DNA from: Eutreptiella sp. 'Long Island Sound 2002'
Taxonomy: Eukaryota; Protista; Euglenida
Assembly (NCBI GenBank): GCA_964036045.1
Contig: OZ038379.1
Coordinates: forward strand, 17,174,001 to 17,238,000
Length of the DNA: 64,000 bases
Direction: 5' to 3'
Shown: positions 60,314 through 64,000 of the stretch, piece after piece
Layout of the letters: each line of letters opens with the position of its first letter
How positions within the stretch are numbered: the stretch's first letter is position 1
The notes under the pieces: model-generated
What the model saw: the letters and a program-made list of their open reading frames with translations, nothing else
Databases searched by the model: none
Told to the model about the DNA's origin: nothing
Program-made: the position numbers and the translations under genes

Positions 60314-62107
60314 CTTTGCACTTACAACCCATGAGATGAACGGCTCACGCAATGTGGTCAACCGCAAATCCATCTTCAACTCGGAGGCGGCTACGCCGTT
60401 GTCAAATTGCTTCTTAGCTTCCAAAGCCAACCAAGCCGCAAAGAACGAAGTTATGAGACGCTTCAAAACACTATTCACCGCCACATCCAAAGGTTGTAGC
60501 ATTGAAGTACAAGAGGCGGGAACATAAAGCAAAATGCAATTGGGGTAGGTGTCTGCCACCCACTCCAAAATAGAATCTAGCCGATGCACATAGTACACGT
60601 CCCACAAGAGGATCCATTTTTGTGTTCGGCGACAACTCAACTGTTCAATTTGGGGCCGAATGTAATCGTCATGCAACTTGGTCACATAGTTCTTAATAGT
60701 ATCCTCTACGGACCAATGAGATTCTGAAACATCATGGAAAACATCCTCTTTGAAAGAGTCCATAACACCTTGCTTTGGAAGAGTGTTCCAAATGAGCTGG
60801 AACCTGCCGGCAAACTTTCCCGAGGCACTTACCCCAAAGAGAAGCGTGAATTGCCTCTTGTCCCCAAAGCCTTGCAATGACACTTGGTCGGAGCCCTTCT
60901 CCCCAAAGGTTTCCTTTGAACATGGTACAAGAAGAACCCCGGTTTCGTCGGCATTCACAACCAACTCCGGTGGAATATGGTGCAAAGCACACACATATAC
61001 CAAGCGCAACAAAAAGGTTCGCTTAATCTCCTCAAAATTATCGGGGAGGGTTCTTTGAGCTTTGCTAACACGGCGCCATGAAAGCCCAATCTTGCGGAAA
61101 AAGAAGTAGTACCATGACTGCTTAGGCCTCCATGTGTTCTCATTCACGGAATCTAAATAAGCCACCACCAATGGCTGAATGATGGCACGTGTCAAGGGGA
61201 GGCCTGCTTGGGAGTGACTCACAACCATTGACGCAATTTGAAGAAGCGTACCGTGCGACACACGGCAATTGGGATGACGGGTGAAGTCTCCGATGGCATG
61301 TGTCCGTTTTGCCCTACCTTTCTTGGGGTTGGGTTTGGCCGCCTCCTCTAACAATTTCTTTTCCTTGGCTGGGATGGTTTTCAACCTCCAAGTTTGCACC
61401 GTTGGATACTTCAAATCATTCCCAAGCGGGCAAAAAAGGGGGCGCAAATGCTTGTTACAATATGCCACACATTCGGATTCCTTCATCTTCATTTCCTTTT
61501 GCAACTGAAAAAAGAGCTTCATCACGGAAAGCGGTTGTTGATACCGCGTTGCCGTTTCGGTCTCACCTGCCGGATCAACCTCGTTGGTAGGCAACGAATT
61601 TGCATTCAAAGAATTTGAAACGGAAGATGAAGATGAAGAAGAGGTGGCCAAATCAATGGTAGACACAATGGGAACAACAACTGTAGGACTTGGGGTTAAA
61701 GAAGGGGCGGACTCCGGCTCCTGAGTCTCACCTAAAGCAATCGCTCGAATAGCTTGATAAAGGTCATCTTCATGTTTCGAAATCAAAGACTTGCGGCCAA
61801 AAGCTCCCTTTCTAATTGGATTAGAAGAAACCTTGTATTCAACATCCTTACCCCATGGCAAACCCCACTTCAAAGCAAGCTCTCCACAACGATTCAAAAA
61901 TTGGGCCTCTCTCTTTTGCCTCTCAACTCTTTCACGGTCATTAGCCTTCTTAATTTCACGAACTTCGCTTGGAGTGGGTGTCCTCGGTTTGGGGAGAGGC
62001 GCAAGGAATGAATGGAGAAGCAATTGCTTGGGCTTCTTTTTTTCTTCTTGTACACCCACATTGAACAATTCCTCATCTTCTTCCGTTGGTTCATTCCTTG
62101 GTTCATC
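60314..62107 (-). CDS. pogo-like transposase, main exon (HTH plus DDE domain)
   Basis: VVNADETG, DKRQFT, LLWDVYYVH, MLQPLDVAV (37 residues between the 2nd and 3rd D). Acceptor CTCTCACAG|GAT joins a start ATG at 62186-62184 across a 76-bp intron. Donor AAG|GTATGT. Confidence 0.9.
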
Positions 62108-62763
62108 CTGTGAGAGAGATTTATTTTCATTATGAACCCAAACTCATCATTGTGAAATTCTTTAAAAACGAAACAAGAAATACCATTCCCAATGTAATAA
62201 TAGTCCAAAACACGAAATTCGCAAATTGAAGTCTGTTGCTGCGCAGAACTGTGCTCTGCGATCGCTCCGATCCCTGCAGGCCGCTGCGCCGATCGCTGCT
62301 GAAAATGGGCGCCAATCGGCGATCGCTGCTGAAAATTTTAAAAAAAAGTGCATAACAGCCCTACTTACCGTGCAAGTACCAGGAATCGAACCAATGTCTG
62401 CCAAGTCGTACCCGAGCGCGCTGACCGCCAGGGTACTCCCTCTCGGAAGAGCGCGCACATCCTCTGTATAATGTAAATGTAAATGTAAAATAAATAATAA
62501 TGCTCAGCACTGCATAATGTAAATGTAAATTTGAAAAATAATAATGCAGCCGGAATCGGGCGCTGTTAATGTAAATCACTTTGTAACCACAGTAGTGCCA
62601 CCTTATGTCCACCCATTTCTTCTGTAGCTGTGCGATGTGTGGCCTTCGGGTAGGCCGTCGATAAGGTCGAGTCGGCCGGACCTACGCCGGCTTCCGCATT
62701 TCTGGGCAGTGCAGCTCTGGTCCTTGTGCATCGTAGAATTCCACGAATCAAGCTGATCTGCGC

Positions 62764-64000
62764 ATGACTCGTGGTACAACATACAAGCGTTTTTGTTCGG
62801 CTTGCGGTGCATGGCCCGTGTGCGACACCTGGACTCGCTGTCCCTCCACTCTGCTTCGCTTTGCACCTCCATCAAAGTGTGGTACAAAAACATGGTGGTG
62901 TAGGCAGGGTGACTGTGGTCTCAATGGTCGCATCCAGATTTCGCAGAATTCGACAACTGTGGGTCGGCGCACACGCTCGAAAGTTCACTGCAAGTTTTGT
63001 CGTCGTACTGTTGAAAAGGCACAGTCATTCGTGCTTGCAATTCAAAGACAGGCCACCCTACAGAAGCAGATTCGCAGTGCTGCCTCCAAAATGAAGGATT
63101 TGCTGAAGGTTCACACACACTATGTTACTCGTGTCAACTCCTTGAGGAAATCCGAAAGGGCTCTTCAGAAGAAACTGAGGGAGGCCCAGACAGAGCTCGC
63201 TAGCAAATGTGCACGCATTGCCCACCTTGTGAAGAGTCGAGCAAGATGGAGGGTCATGGCCAAGGCTGAGGGTAGACAGGTGAAATCACTGAAGAAGAAC
63301 ATCATTCGTATTCAAAACCCTCCTCTCTGGTGCGGTGGCAGGTACAGTGCCTGGGTCCGACAGATGTATTTTGAACTCTACAAGTGTCGCATCTCAGAGG
63401 CTATGGTCAATAGAGTGATAAGAGTCATAGCCACTGCTCTTGGAATTACACTTGGTAAGTTGCCCTCTTCAAGGACTCGAGCACGGCTTAGATTAGAGGG
63501 TGGATGCTGGGCTCAGCTTTGTGCAGCAGCTGCCATGGCTGAAGCCAAGGCACAGGCCCAGGCTGACGGGAGGGTGTTCACCATCTGTGAAGGTAGGGAC
63601 ACAACTACTGCTCGTGGTTGGCACTTCCAGGTCCACTCCTCTCATGTCATCAGTAGATCAGGCCCTGTGCACCTGGTGAATGATGCACCGGTGGTGCACA
63701 ACAAAACAGCAGCCACACAAGCTGAACACACCCGTCAAGTTAGAACTACTGTTGTGAGTTTGTCTCAGGGTCTTGTGCAGCCAGATGCAGAGGTAGACAG
63801 CAAAATCACTGACAGTGCGAATAATGAACTTGCCAGTAACAGGCTTGAAGGAATCCAACTCAGTGTGCCCTGTGTAGGACACTGTGCGCAGAACACAGCA
63901 TACCATGGCTCTACCCCAGATGAGGGCAAGAGGGCATTTGTGAATTGTTGCTCTTGTCAGGAGTGGCCCCCAAGTGGTGGTGCAGAGGGGCCCATACTGT
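62764..64000 (+). CDS. hAT-like DDE transposase-related ORF (Cys-rich N-terminus, coiled coil), 3' end outside window
   Basis: Hand translation: open from ATG 62764 to the edge (about 412 codons). Contains CxxC motifs, a coiled-coil-like region, GRYSAWVRQMYFEL...LPSSRTRARL, then EGRDTTT, KITDSANNE and CVGH, resembling the D, D and CxxH signatures of hAT-type RNase H folds. Confidence 0.6.
   Translation, partial: MTRGTTYKRFCSACGAWPVCDTWTRCPSTLLRFAPPSKCGTKTWWCRQGDCGLNGRIQISQNSTTVGRRTRSKVHCKFCRRTVEKAQSFVLAIQRQATLQKQIRSAASKMKDLLKVHTHYVTRVNSLRKSERALQKKLREAQTELASKCARIAHLVKSRARWRVMAKAEGRQVKSLKKNIIRIQNPPLWCGGRYSAWVRQMYFELYKCRISEAMVNRVIRVIATALGITLGKLPSSRTRARLRLEGGCWAQLCAAAAMAEAKAQAQADGRVFTICEGRDTTTARGWHFQVHSSHVISRSGPVHLVNDAPVVHNKTAATQAEHTRQVRTTVVSLSQGLVQPDAEVDSKITDSANNELASNRLEGIQLSVPCVGHCAQNTAYHGSTPDEGKRAFVNCCSCQEWPPSGGAEGPIL

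Larger units (their letters stand above)
59430..62592 (-). mobile_element. Full-length pogo-like (Tc1/mariner superfamily, DDE_1) DNA transposon, 3163 bp
   Basis: Perfect 23-bp TIRs CTGTGGTTACAAAGTGATTTACA (59430-59452; reverse complement at 62570-62592), flanked by TA on both sides (59428-59429, 62593-62594), with an internal transposase gene. Confidence 0.93.

Overview
Eukaryotic, GC-rich genomic DNA with GT-AG spliceosomal introns. The organism is probably a euglenophyte-type alga; this is inferred only from plastid-type presequences and a helical-repeat protein. Five host genes lie on the minus strand: (1) DusA-type tRNA-dihydrouridine synthase with a long N-terminal presequence, running off the left edge; (2) a 4-exon NhaC-family Na+/H+ antiporter; (3) a 3-exon sterol desaturase/methylsterol-oxidase-like gene; (4) an intronless TDP2-like EEP phosphodiesterase; (5) a 3-exon protein of 39-aa helical (OPR/FAST-like) repeats. 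The 14.6-kb second intron of the desaturase holds an 11.6-kb composite satellite (47-bp hairpin units alternating with 94-bp G-rich units) and a 1.4-kb segment with densely base-paired ends and a terminal H-type pseudoknot, all between two (TGTGN)n tracts. Mobile DNA includes an apparently intact pogo-like transposon (23-bp perfect TIRs, TA TSD, three short introns), an adjacent hAT-like ORF running off the right edge, and three copies of a MITE family with 3-bp TSDs, short TIRs and internal direct terminal repeats. All exon structures were assembled by hand; no database searches were run.
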